NCBI GenBank assembly: GCA_902792865.1
Contig: CADBBJ010000019.1
Coordinates: forward strand, 2,012 to 66,011
Origin: Candidatus Ruminimicrobiellum tauri
GTDB lineage: Bacteria; Elusimicrobiota; Endomicrobiia; Endomicrobiales; Endomicrobiaceae
Direction of reading: 5' to 3'
Length of the DNA: 64,000 bases
Part shown: piece after piece, positions 52,633 through 61,250 of the stretch
How positions within the stretch are numbered: position 1 is the stretch's first letter
How the letters are laid out: the number at the start of each line of letters is the position of its first letter
The notes under the pieces: generated by a model
The model's database searches: none
Seen by the model: the letters and a program-made list of their open reading frames with translations, nothing else
Told to the model about the DNA's origin: nothing
Position numbers and translations under genes: made by a program

Positions 52633-53793
52633 TTAAATTAAATTTTTTATAACAATTTCTGCTTGTTGCCTTGCCCATAAATCCGATTCAATATATTTTG
52701 AAATATTTTTTGATTTTATTACTTTATGCTGTTTTACAACGGTTTCTATAATTTTAGGTATCATATCAAATCCGATTTTTTGTGCAAGAAAATATTTTAC
52801 GGCTACTTCATTTACGGCACTCATAACAGCCGGCATAGTACCACCGATTTTTGCACAATTGTATGCTATTTGTAAACATTTGAACTTTTTAAAATTCGGA
52901 TTAAAAAATTCTAATTTTGATACTTCCGCCAAATCTAATCTTTTTATATAACAATTTTTTCTATTCGGATAAGATAAAGCATATTGTATGGGTAATGTCA
53001 TATCGGGGTTAGACAATTGAGCCATAACACATCCGTCATTAAATTCAACCATGGAATGAACTACAGATTGAGGGTGTATTAAAATATCAATCTTATCTAT
53101 AGGAATATCAAATAAAACAGAGGCTTCTATTGCTTCAAGTCCTTTATTCATTAATGTAGCAGAGTCTATTGTGATTTTTTTTCCCATTTTCCATGTAGGA
53201 TGAGCAAGTGCATCTTTTACCGTAATATCTTTAAAATCTTTTGTTGATTTATAAAATGGTCCGCCTGAAGCCGTAAGCAATATTCTTTTTATTGACTTTT
53301 TGTTTTCTTTTCCTATACATTGAAATATTGCCGAATGTTCACTGTCTACCGGAAGAACCGATACACCGTTTTCTTTTGCCGTTTGCATTATTAACGAACC
53401 GGCCATAACTAATGCTTCTTTATTTGCTATTGCGATATTTTTTTTAGCTTTTATTGCACAAAGTAAAGGTTCCAGCCCTATTGCACCGACTACAGAACTT
53501 AACACCATGTCAACAGACTTTATTGTGGCAACTCTGTTTAATCCTTCTTTACCGAAATATACTTTCGTTTTGTATTTTTTGCTAATACACCATTTCTTTA
53601 ACAATTCAGCATTTTTTTCTGAATCCAACGAAACAGTTAACGGTTTAAATTTTGAGATTTGTTCTTTTAAAAGTTCTATGTTTGAACCGGCTGAAAGTCC
53701 GCAAACTTTAAATTCTTTTTTAGCTTTAGCAATAAATTCTAAAGTTTGAACTCCGATTGAACCTGTTGAACCGAGTATAGAAATATTTTTCAT
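52633..53793 (-). CDS. dxr: 1-deoxy-D-xylulose 5-phosphate reductoisomerase
   Basis: ISILGSTGSIGVQTLEF, IANKEALV, LPVDSEHSAIFQC and LTASGGPF motifs. Confidence 0.93.
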   Translation of the reverse strand: MKNISILGSTGSIGVQTLEFIAKAKKEFKVCGLSAGSNIELLKEQISKFKPLTVSLDSEKNAELLKKWCISKKYKTKVYFGKEGLNRVATIKSVDMVLSSVVGAIGLEPLLCAIKAKKNIAIANKEALVMAGSLIMQTAKENGVSVLPVDSEHSAIFQCIGKENKKSIKRILLTASGGPFYKSTKDFKDITVKDALAHPTWKMGKKITIDSATLMNKGLEAIEASVLFDIPIDKIDILIHPQSVVHSMVEFNDGCVMAQLSNPDMTLPIQYALSYPNRKNCYIKRLDLAEVSKLEFFNPNFKKFKCLQIAYNCAKIGGTMPAVMSAVNEVAVKYFLAQKIGFDMIPKIIETVVKQHKVIKSKNISKYIESDLWARQQAEIVIKNLI

Positions 53794-53926
53794 CGTTTCT
53801 CCCTAAAAAACAAATATTATTTAAAGAAATTTAATTAAGTATATATTACAATGTTTATTATAGAATTTTATTGTATTATATAAAAGAATGTATAATTTAT
53901 TTATATACTTTATATTATATAAAAAA

Positions 53927-55762
53927 TTATTCTTTAATTCGTTTTAAAGCATTTATTGCTTTTTTATGTGTCGGATCCAATCTTAATGTAAGCTCAAACA
54001 TTTTTTCTGCTTCAAAATATTTTCCTTTTGCATATAAAAGTAATCCTTCATTGTACTTAAATTCTGCCAGTTCCTTATCTGTTGCTCCTTCTTGTTTTTC
54101 TTCTGCCTGTTCTTTGTCTTTATTTGCTTCCAGTAATTTTGATAACTCTTTTACGGATTTGTCTATATAATCCTTGGCTAAAGAATAATAATTGAATGAC
54201 AGATTAACATACTTTGAATTTTTTATAAATGTTTGTAATTTTTCCATTTGTTTTATACATTTAATCCATTGCTTATTTTTATAAAGCATAATTCCGTTTC
54301 TTAACATTGTATTCGCTTCAAATTCAAAGTCTTTTTTATTTTTTTCTTCTATTGAATCCGTAATGATTTTATTAACTTTATCATAATATTGTTTTATTTC
54401 CGTATTTTTATTATTAAATTGTAAATATTTTGTCCACTCTGTTAAACATTGATTGTAATTACCTTCATAATAATTCTTGTATCCGGACCAGTATGCATAA
54501 TCAGAAAAATTGCTGTCGTATTTTGATTTGGAATGTTTAGTCATTAATTTTTTTATTTTATTGTAGTAAAATTTTGGCGAATCGTAAGACGGATAATTTA
54601 TTATAATTTTTTGCAATATATCCGTAGAATATAAATATTGTTTTTTATTATAATATTCTTTTGCTTCGTTAAATAATTTTTCTGCTTCCTGTTGAGATAA
54701 TTTTTCTATATTTAATGCCGTTTGTGCCTCTTTAGTTAAATCCGGTTTACTTTCATTTATCTGCTTTTGAGATGTCTTTTCTACACTTAATGCAGGTTGT
54801 TCTATTTTTGCAAAATTTGATTTGTTTTTATGTCTGTTGCCCCATCTGTAAGCCAAAGAAAATCTGTTTATCAAATCTATTTCATTAAAATCCATGGAAT
54901 AATTTACCGTAAAAGCCGAAATGTTTACTCCAAAACCGGCTGTAATATGGTCAGGATAGTATCCGACTCTGGCTGCATATTTTTCCATAAGTTTATATTC
55001 CAGTCCTGCAAAAAGTTCATTATATGTATCTTCGTTTTTTATGTCTATTGATAATGTGATTGTATCTTTAGTATTAAATCTGTAAATCACGGGAACTTCC
55101 ATTAATGTAGAAAGTCTAAATATATTTTGAAATTTTTCATTATATTCATCAAGTTTTATTCCGGTTTGTAAAAAATTTTGCATAGAAAAGCCTACACCGA
55201 ATTTTGCTTGGGTATATTTTATATCCACATTGTTAAAATATTTTGAAAGACCTAAATCTAATGCAAAACCACCGTTTTTCTTAACATATAAATCCTGATA
55301 AATATATTTTAAATTGACACCTACTGCAGTTTCTATCGGTTTTATCATTGTAGCTAATGCAAAAATATATGCCCACTGATTTGTTGTTACTTTTTTAGGT
55401 GCATCAAAAGGATCTTTCCTTAACTCTATATCACCGCTGGCTAAATTTATTGCAGAAAATCCAAAAGATAAATTATTAAACATTCTGTAATTTAACGATG
55501 CCGAATTATATGAAGTTCCGTCAAAAAGGTTATATCTTGATAATATAATATTGTTGTAATCAAAATAACTTAACAATGAACTGTTATGATAAATTATAGA
55601 CGGATCATTTAAATTGTTTAATGCGGTTTCTCCCTGTGCAAATGACGATACGGACGGACCGTGTGAAAGAAAATTCTTTCTTTTTCCTGTAGCATATATA
55701 TTTGAAACTATACATATTGATATTATTAAAATTAAAATTATTTTATTACTAATAGTCTGCAT
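53927..55762 (-). CDS. outer-membrane beta-barrel-like protein fused to a C-terminal TPR/helical-repeat region
   Basis: Signal peptide. The N-terminal ~330 aa has alternating beta-strand patterns ending in an aromatic residue (FSLAYRW). The C-terminal part has TPR-like repeats. Confidence 0.55.
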   Translation of the reverse strand: MQTISNKIILILIISICIVSNIYATGKRKNFLSHGPSVSSFAQGETALNNLNDPSIIYHNSSLLSYFDYNNIILSRYNLFDGTSYNSASLNYRMFNNLSFGFSAINLASGDIELRKDPFDAPKKVTTNQWAYIFALATMIKPIETAVGVNLKYIYQDLYVKKNGGFALDLGLSKYFNNVDIKYTQAKFGVGFSMQNFLQTGIKLDEYNEKFQNIFRLSTLMEVPVIYRFNTKDTITLSIDIKNEDTYNELFAGLEYKLMEKYAARVGYYPDHITAGFGVNISAFTVNYSMDFNEIDLINRFSLAYRWGNRHKNKSNFAKIEQPALSVEKTSQKQINESKPDLTKEAQTALNIEKLSQQEAEKLFNEAKEYYNKKQYLYSTDILQKIIINYPSYDSPKFYYNKIKKLMTKHSKSKYDSNFSDYAYWSGYKNYYEGNYNQCLTEWTKYLQFNNKNTEIKQYYDKVNKIITDSIEEKNKKDFEFEANTMLRNGIMLYKNKQWIKCIKQMEKLQTFIKNSKYVNLSFNYYSLAKDYIDKSVKELSKLLEANKDKEQAEEKQEGATDKELAEFKYNEGLLLYAKGKYFEAEKMFELTLRLDPTHKKAINALKRIKE

Positions 55763-56916
55763 CTTTCCGTTTTTGTTGTCCCCGAATACTTTTTCTTAAC
55801 TATACACAAATATGTTCCGTTGTATAAAGTATTACCGTAATCATCTTTACCGTCGTAAACAATTTCATTATTACCTTTAGATAAATTATTTTTTGAAGTA
55901 TGATAAATTTTGTCACCATACTCGGAGTAAACATCAAAATCTATATTGCCGTCTTCGTGCATTTCAAAAAAAATTCTTGTTTTTTCTTTTAGAGGATTAA
56001 ACGGGTTTGGAGCATTATACATTTTTTTGATTTCACCCAATGTAACAAAATTAAATGTTTTAGGGTTCAACAATTTTGCACCATACTGATTTTCAACTTC
56101 AACTCTCCAATAATATCTTGTTCTTGGTGATAAATTGTATGCAATATAAGAATTTTGTGTTTCTAAATTGTAACTTTGCATAGAATCTTCCGATGTTCCT
56201 AAAAACAAAGTGTATTTTAATATGTCATCTTCTACACCTTTTGTTGCATTCCAACTGAAATTTAAAACAGTATTTGAATTTCCTATGCCATCTTGTAAAT
56301 TAGGATTTAAATTTACAAATGAGTGCGGTCTTTCCGTAACAATAAATGTTTTTATCGGGGAAATATATTCGTTAGGATAATTTTCGTTATCTGCAACGAT
56401 ATAATATTTATATGTTCCGTAATCCAATGCCAAATTTATGGAATAATCGTTATTTCCCGCATAAGCTAAATTTGCCTGTTTCCAACTTTCGGATGAATTT
56501 TGTTTTATGTAATATATTTTAGGATAATTGTTTGATATGGGAAGATTGTAGAAATCGGTGTATGTTACTTTTATATTTACATTACTTTCGCTTTTTATAC
56601 TAATAACATCTTTTAAACTTTTGGAAGTTATTAATGTTATTTCCGTATTTGGAACATAATCAAAAATACTAAAAAATGATTGAGATACGGCTAGGCTATT
56701 ATTGCCATCGTTACATGTCAATTCCGAAACTTCCCGATGACCTTGAGTCACTCCGATATAATCAATATAAGAATCTACGGTTATCCAATCAGCTTGTTGA
56801 GAAAAAACTGCAACCTTTTGTTCTATTTTTAGTTCTGTTTCATCAACAGACATAGATATTGCATATATATTTGATACTATCAACGATAATATAATTATCA
56901 AAGAAATTTTTTTCAT
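55738..56916 (-). CDS. secreted protein with FN3-like and C-terminal FlgD-Ig/T9SS-sorting-like domains
   Basis: Signal peptide. The C-terminus reads APNPFNP...IFFEM...DVYSEYGDKIY...VYDGKDDYGNTLYNGTYLCIV. Confidence 0.6.
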   Translation of the reverse strand: MKKISLIIILSLIVSNIYAISMSVDETELKIEQKVAVFSQQADWITVDSYIDYIGVTQGHREVSELTCNDGNNSLAVSQSFFSIFDYVPNTEITLITSKSLKDVISIKSESNVNIKVTYTDFYNLPISNNYPKIYYIKQNSSESWKQANLAYAGNNDYSINLALDYGTYKYYIVADNENYPNEYISPIKTFIVTERPHSFVNLNPNLQDGIGNSNTVLNFSWNATKGVEDDILKYTLFLGTSEDSMQSYNLETQNSYIAYNLSPRTRYYWRVEVENQYGAKLLNPKTFNFVTLGEIKKMYNAPNPFNPLKEKTRIFFEMHEDGNIDFDVYSEYGDKIYHTSKNNLSKGNNEIVYDGKDDYGNTLYNGTYLCIVKKKYSGTTKTERCRLLVIK

Positions 56917-56928
56917 ACATATAAAAAA

Positions 56929-57002
56929 TCGGGGTGACTGGACTTGAACCAGCGGCCTCTCCCTCCCGAAGGGAGCGCACTAGCCAACTGTGCTACACCC
57001 CG
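56929..57002 (-). tRNA. tRNA-Pro (anticodon CGG), no encoded CCA
   Basis: The reverse complement reads cggggtg-ta-gcac-agttggcta-gtgc-g-ctccc-ttCGGga-gggag-aggcc-gctgg-ttcaagt-ccagt-caccccg-a. Confidence 0.9.
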
Positions 57003-57010
57003 ACAATAAC

Positions 57011-57364
57011 CTATTGTTCCAAAACTTTAAGAATATCTTCTAATTCTTGTTTAATCTCATCAAAAACCTTTGTATCTATACAGTTTTCTTTATTAAAAAG
57101 AGTATCGTTTTGTACTTTTTTCCTTTTATCTTTTGTAAGGAATTTTTTTACTCCTTGTATCGTAAGTTTTTTATTATATAATAAATCTTTTATTTGATTT
57201 ATTATTTCAACATCTGCATTAGAATATTTTCTAATACCGGAATATCTTTCCGGCTTTATTTGTCTAAATTCTTTTTCCCAATATCTCAATGTATAATCGG
57301 GAACTCCCGTCCTTTGAGAAACATCTTTTATATTCAAATATTTTTTATCTGCATTATCAGTCAT
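57011..57364 (-). CDS. MerR family transcriptional regulator
   Basis: HTH YLNIKDVSQRTGVPDYTLRYWEKEF...GIRKYSNADVEII. Confidence 0.8.
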   Translation of the reverse strand: MTDNADKKYLNIKDVSQRTGVPDYTLRYWEKEFRQIKPERYSGIRKYSNADVEIINQIKDLLYNKKLTIQGVKKFLTKDKRKKVQNDTLFNKENCIDTKVFDEIKQELEDILKVLEQ

Positions 57365-57620
57365 TGAATATCTCTTTTGATTGTTTAAACCTTATTTTCT
57401 TTTTCGGTTCTATCAAAATTGTTTCCCCTGTTTTAGGATTTCTCCCTTTTTTTACTTCAGTTGTAATCAAATTAAAACTTCCAAAACCCGTAATAACAAC
57501 TTTTTGCCCGTTAACTATAGAAGTCAACATCTCTTCAAAAATTGTATTTACTACAATCACTGCATCTTTTTTTGAAGGCATCATTTGAGATATTTTTTCT
57601 ATCAAATCATGTTTAGTCAT
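57357..57620 (-). CDS. HU/IHF family DNA-binding protein
   Basis: MTKHDLIEKIS...ITGFGSFNLITTEVKKGRNPKTGETILIEPKKKIRFKQS. Confidence 0.88.
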   Translation of the reverse strand: MTKHDLIEKISQMMPSKKDAVIVVNTIFEEMLTSIVNGQKVVITGFGSFNLITTEVKKGRNPKTGETILIEPKKKIRFKQSKEIFND

Positions 57621-57634
57621 CTTATTAAATATCC

Positions 57635-58627
57635 TTACTCTGCTTTTGGAGTTCTTGTCATCAAATCATAGACTGCTTTTTTTGCATCTTTATTGTTAAA
57701 TAAAATCTCATATATTTCATTAATTATCGGTAACTCAATATTTAATTTTTTCCCTAAACGGTAAGCACTCATACAAGTTTTCACCCCTTCAGCAACCATC
57801 TTTAATTCTTGTTCTGCTTGTTTTAATGTTTTACCTTTAGCTAACATTTCTCCCAGATTTCTGTTTCTGGAATGTTTTGAAAAACATGTTACCATTAAAT
57901 CACCTACACCCGAAAGACCATAAAAAGTTTTTTCTTTTCCGCCAAGTGCAACTCCAAGTTTTATAATTTCTTTCAACCCTCTTGAAATTATTGCTGCTTT
58001 TGTATTATCACCAAAATTAAGACCGTCTATCATTCCGCCTGCAACAGCAAAAACATTTTTCAATGAAGCACCCAGTTCTACTCCTATTATATCATTTTGT
58101 GTATATACTCTAAAATAATCGTTCATAAACAAATCTCTAACCGTTTGAGCCAATTCCGTATCTTTAGAGGCTGATGTCACAACCGTAGGAATTTTTCTTG
58201 ACACTTCTTCCGCATGGCTGGGACCTGACACAGCAACAATTTTGTCTTTAGTATTAGGATAAATTTCTTCTATTATCTGTGATACTCTTAATAAGGTTTC
58301 GGTTTCTATACCTTTTGTAGCACTTATTATAATTTTATTTTCTAAATCTATACCTAAACTTTTTATAGACATTACCGTAGATCTTAAAAAATGAGAAGGA
58401 ACTACAAACAGTACTGCTTCTGTTTCTTTTATAATATTTAAATCACTTGAAATTGTTACAGTATTTGGAATAGTCGCTCCGCCAATAAAAGGAATAACTC
58501 TTTGTTTATCTAACTTTTCAGCTAACTCTTTATTTATTTCCCATAACCAAATTTTATGACCGTTATTCGCTAATAAACATGCAAGAGTTGTTCCCCAAGA
58601 ACCGGCACCCAAAACTGAAATTTTCAT
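57635..58627 (-). CDS. gpsA: NAD(P)H-dependent glycerol-3-phosphate dehydrogenase
   Basis: MKISVLGAGSWGTTLACLL, GPSHAEEV and LKNVFAVAGG motifs. Confidence 0.92.
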   Translation of the reverse strand: MKISVLGAGSWGTTLACLLANNGHKIWLWEINKELAEKLDKQRVIPFIGGATIPNTVTISSDLNIIKETEAVLFVVPSHFLRSTVMSIKSLGIDLENKIIISATKGIETETLLRVSQIIEEIYPNTKDKIVAVSGPSHAEEVSRKIPTVVTSASKDTELAQTVRDLFMNDYFRVYTQNDIIGVELGASLKNVFAVAGGMIDGLNFGDNTKAAIISRGLKEIIKLGVALGGKEKTFYGLSGVGDLMVTCFSKHSRNRNLGEMLAKGKTLKQAEQELKMVAEGVKTCMSAYRLGKKLNIELPIINEIYEILFNNKDAKKAVYDLMTRTPKAE

Positions 58628-58640
58628 TTATGCCTCTTAT

Positions 58641-59294
58641 TTATTTAGAACTTTTTGAACCGGAAATTTTATTCTCTGTTCCATTTAAAAGTCTTTTTAT
58701 GTTGCTAATATGTCTTATTATAACTAACAGTACAACAATTACGGAAAAAATTAAAAGTTCATAAGAACTTGACTTAATTATATTATGGTTACTAAAAAAA
58801 TACATTCCTATCGGTAATGTTATTGAAGCAAATATTGATGATAATGAAACATATTTAGTTAATACAACAACAACCATAAATACTGTCAGTGAACATAAAG
58901 TTGCAATAGGATTTATTGCTAAAAAAACTCCTAACCCGACCGCAACACCTTTCCCGCCTTTGAATTTCAAAAATATACTGAAAACATGTCCTAATATAAC
59001 TAATAACGAAACAATTATAATATAATAAACAACAGAATTTACAAATACAGATTCTTTAGCCGTATTTAAATTCCAAAAATACGGAACCAAATATACCGGA
59101 ATAAACCCTTTTAATACATCTAAAATCAAAGTCAAAACACCTAAAGGCTTACTGATTGTTCTATAAACATTTGTTGCTCCGGGATTTCCGGAACCGTATT
59201 TCCTTATATCAACATTTTTAAACACTTTTGCTATAATCCAAGCAAAAGGAATTGAACCTAAAACATATACAAATATTAAATAAACAATATACAT
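58641..59294 (-). CDS. plsY: glycerol-3-phosphate acyltransferase PlsY
   Basis: GSIPFAWIIAKVF...DIRKYGSGNPGATNVYR...FKGGKGVA. Confidence 0.92.
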   Translation of the reverse strand: MYIVYLIFVYVLGSIPFAWIIAKVFKNVDIRKYGSGNPGATNVYRTISKPLGVLTLILDVLKGFIPVYLVPYFWNLNTAKESVFVNSVVYYIIIVSLLVILGHVFSIFLKFKGGKGVAVGLGVFLAINPIATLCSLTVFMVVVVLTKYVSLSSIFASITLPIGMYFFSNHNIIKSSSYELLIFSVIVVLLVIIRHISNIKRLLNGTENKISGSKSSK

Positions 59295-59310
59295 ATTTTC
59301 TCGAAAAAAA

Positions 59311-60633
59311 TTAATCTTTAAATTTTTCTTTTGATATTTCCCTAAACTTTAGTATTATTGGAGTCCCTTTAAAAGAAAATTTTTCTCTTAATATATTTTC
59401 TAAATATCTTTTATACGAAAAATGTACCAATTCTAAATCGTTTACCGCAATTCTAAAAGTCGGCGGTTTTGTAACCGGTTGCTCAATATCTTTTATTTTT
59501 AAAACTTTACCTTTTCTTGCAAAAGGTGTTTTATCCGTAGCATATCTTATTGCTTCTCTAAGGTCTTCCGGTGGCACCATTTTAGAATATTCTCTATATA
59601 TTATAGGTGCTAATCTAAAAATTCTATCTACTCTTTGTCTCGTTTTAGCAGAAATAAATATTATATCCGCCCAAGTCAAAAACTTTAATTTTTCTTCCAA
59701 TTGTTGTTGAAAGAGTTTTATTCTATCTTCCTTATCTTCTATTAAATCCCACTTATTAACTGCTATAATACAAGGTTTCTTCTTTTCTATTATCATCCCT
59801 AAAATTTTTGCTTCAGTTTCACCTATGCCTTGTTCGGCATCCGCAACTAAAACTGCAATATCCGCATCGTCAAGAGCATAGTTTGTACTAAGTGTAGATA
59901 AATATTCTAAATCATCTTTTTGTTTGTTGCCTCTGTGAAGCCCTGCCGTATCTATCAACAAATAGTCTGTTTCATTATATGTAGCATGAACGGATAAAGA
60001 ATCTCTTGTAGTTCCCGGCACATTATGAACTATACATCTGTTTTGTTGTGTAATTGAATTTACCAACGAAGATTTACCGACATTCGGTTTTCCTACAAAT
60101 ATTATTTTCAATAAATCTTCTTTGTTTTCTACAGTATCCGTATCACCAATCATATCACAAATCGCTTCTAAAAGTTCCACCATATTTCTGCCATGAGTAG
60201 AAGATACCGATATTACCGTTTCAAACCCTAATTGATAAAATTCGTAACTTTTAACTTCTTCTCTAATCGTATCTATTTTATTTACAACCAATATTACCGG
60301 TTTTTTACTGGCTCTTACGGATTTTGCAATTACAGGTTCATAAGGATGTATTCCTCTTTTACCATCAACTACAAATAAAATTATATCCGAACTTTCTATT
60401 GCTAAATTTAATTGTTGACTCATAGATTCGGAAAATTCAGAAACATCGCTACTCCACCCGGCAGTATCCGTAACAATAAAATGTTTATCTTTCCATACTA
60501 CCTCATAATCATTTCTGTCTCTTGTTGTTCCTGCTATACTATGAACAATAGCTTTTTTTCTACCTATAAATCTGTTAAATAATGTTGATTTACCTACATT
60601 TGGTCTACCAACAATTGCAACTTTTTTATACAT
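59311..60633 (-). CDS. der: ribosome-associated GTPase Der/EngA (tandem GTPase domains plus KH-like domain)
   Basis: MYKKVAIVGRPNVGKSTLFN and a second P-loop GKPNVGKSSLVN. The start is set at the ATG at 60633, 5 nt after ggaga; the track's 60696 start adds 21 hydrophobic residues. Confidence 0.9.
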   Translation of the reverse strand: MYKKVAIVGRPNVGKSTLFNRFIGRKKAIVHSIAGTTRDRNDYEVVWKDKHFIVTDTAGWSSDVSEFSESMSQQLNLAIESSDIILFVVDGKRGIHPYEPVIAKSVRASKKPVILVVNKIDTIREEVKSYEFYQLGFETVISVSSTHGRNMVELLEAICDMIGDTDTVENKEDLLKIIFVGKPNVGKSSLVNSITQQNRCIVHNVPGTTRDSLSVHATYNETDYLLIDTAGLHRGNKQKDDLEYLSTLSTNYALDDADIAVLVADAEQGIGETEAKILGMIIEKKKPCIIAVNKWDLIEDKEDRIKLFQQQLEEKLKFLTWADIIFISAKTRQRVDRIFRLAPIIYREYSKMVPPEDLREAIRYATDKTPFARKGKVLKIKDIEQPVTKPPTFRIAVNDLELVHFSYKRYLENILREKFSFKGTPIILKFREISKEKFKD

Positions 60634-61034
60634 CTGTTCTCCGATATTTACCACAGAGGAAATATTAACAAATATCAAAATAAAATTTATAAACAAATTT
60701 TATAAATCAATTTTACATTAACAGATTTTATAATATTTATGAGTTTTTATCAATGAACTTTAGAAGTTTAATATTTTAATATATAAAAAACTTCTCTTAA
60801 TTTTATATAAAACTTATATATTTTTTTTCTTTTGAACTGTTTTTTATCTTCAAAATCTTATTATTGTTATCGCTTTAGCATTGTTTTATAAAGAAGAAAA
60901 CAAAAAAACAGTTTACTGTTTTTATATTTGTAAACAGCCTACATTATGAAATAATGTAATTATTTTAAATATTTATGTCTGAGAACTAAAAATGTAAGTT
61001 CTCGGCTGTTGCCATGATTTTATATTACTTAAAA

Positions 61035-61107
61035 CTGCCCGACCTGGGCTCGAACCAGGACTATTCTGTTCCAGAGACAGATGTGTTACCAATTACACCA
61101 TCGGGCA
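61035..61107 (-). tRNA. tRNA-Gln (anticodon CTG), no encoded CCA
   Basis: The reverse complement reads tgcccga-tg-gtgt-aattggta-acac-a-tctgt-ctCTGga-acaga-atagt-cctgg-ttcgagc-ccagg-tcgggca-g (U1:A72). Confidence 0.88.
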
Positions 61108-61250
61108 ATTCAAACAGCATTTCAATCAATACTGAGATTTTACAAAAACTTTATATATTTATCAATATCAATCAGCCAAAAAACATATGTTTTTGATAAA
61201 AATTTTTATATATTGTAAATTATACTGGTAAAAAATATTGGAGAATTGTA

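Noticed and set aside
56934-57197. 87-aa '+' ORF overlapping tRNA-Pro and the MerR gene; likewise 61014..61196 '+' overlapping tRNA-Gln
   Set aside because: They overlap well-formed tRNA cloverleaves and/or a better-supported gene on the opposite strand.
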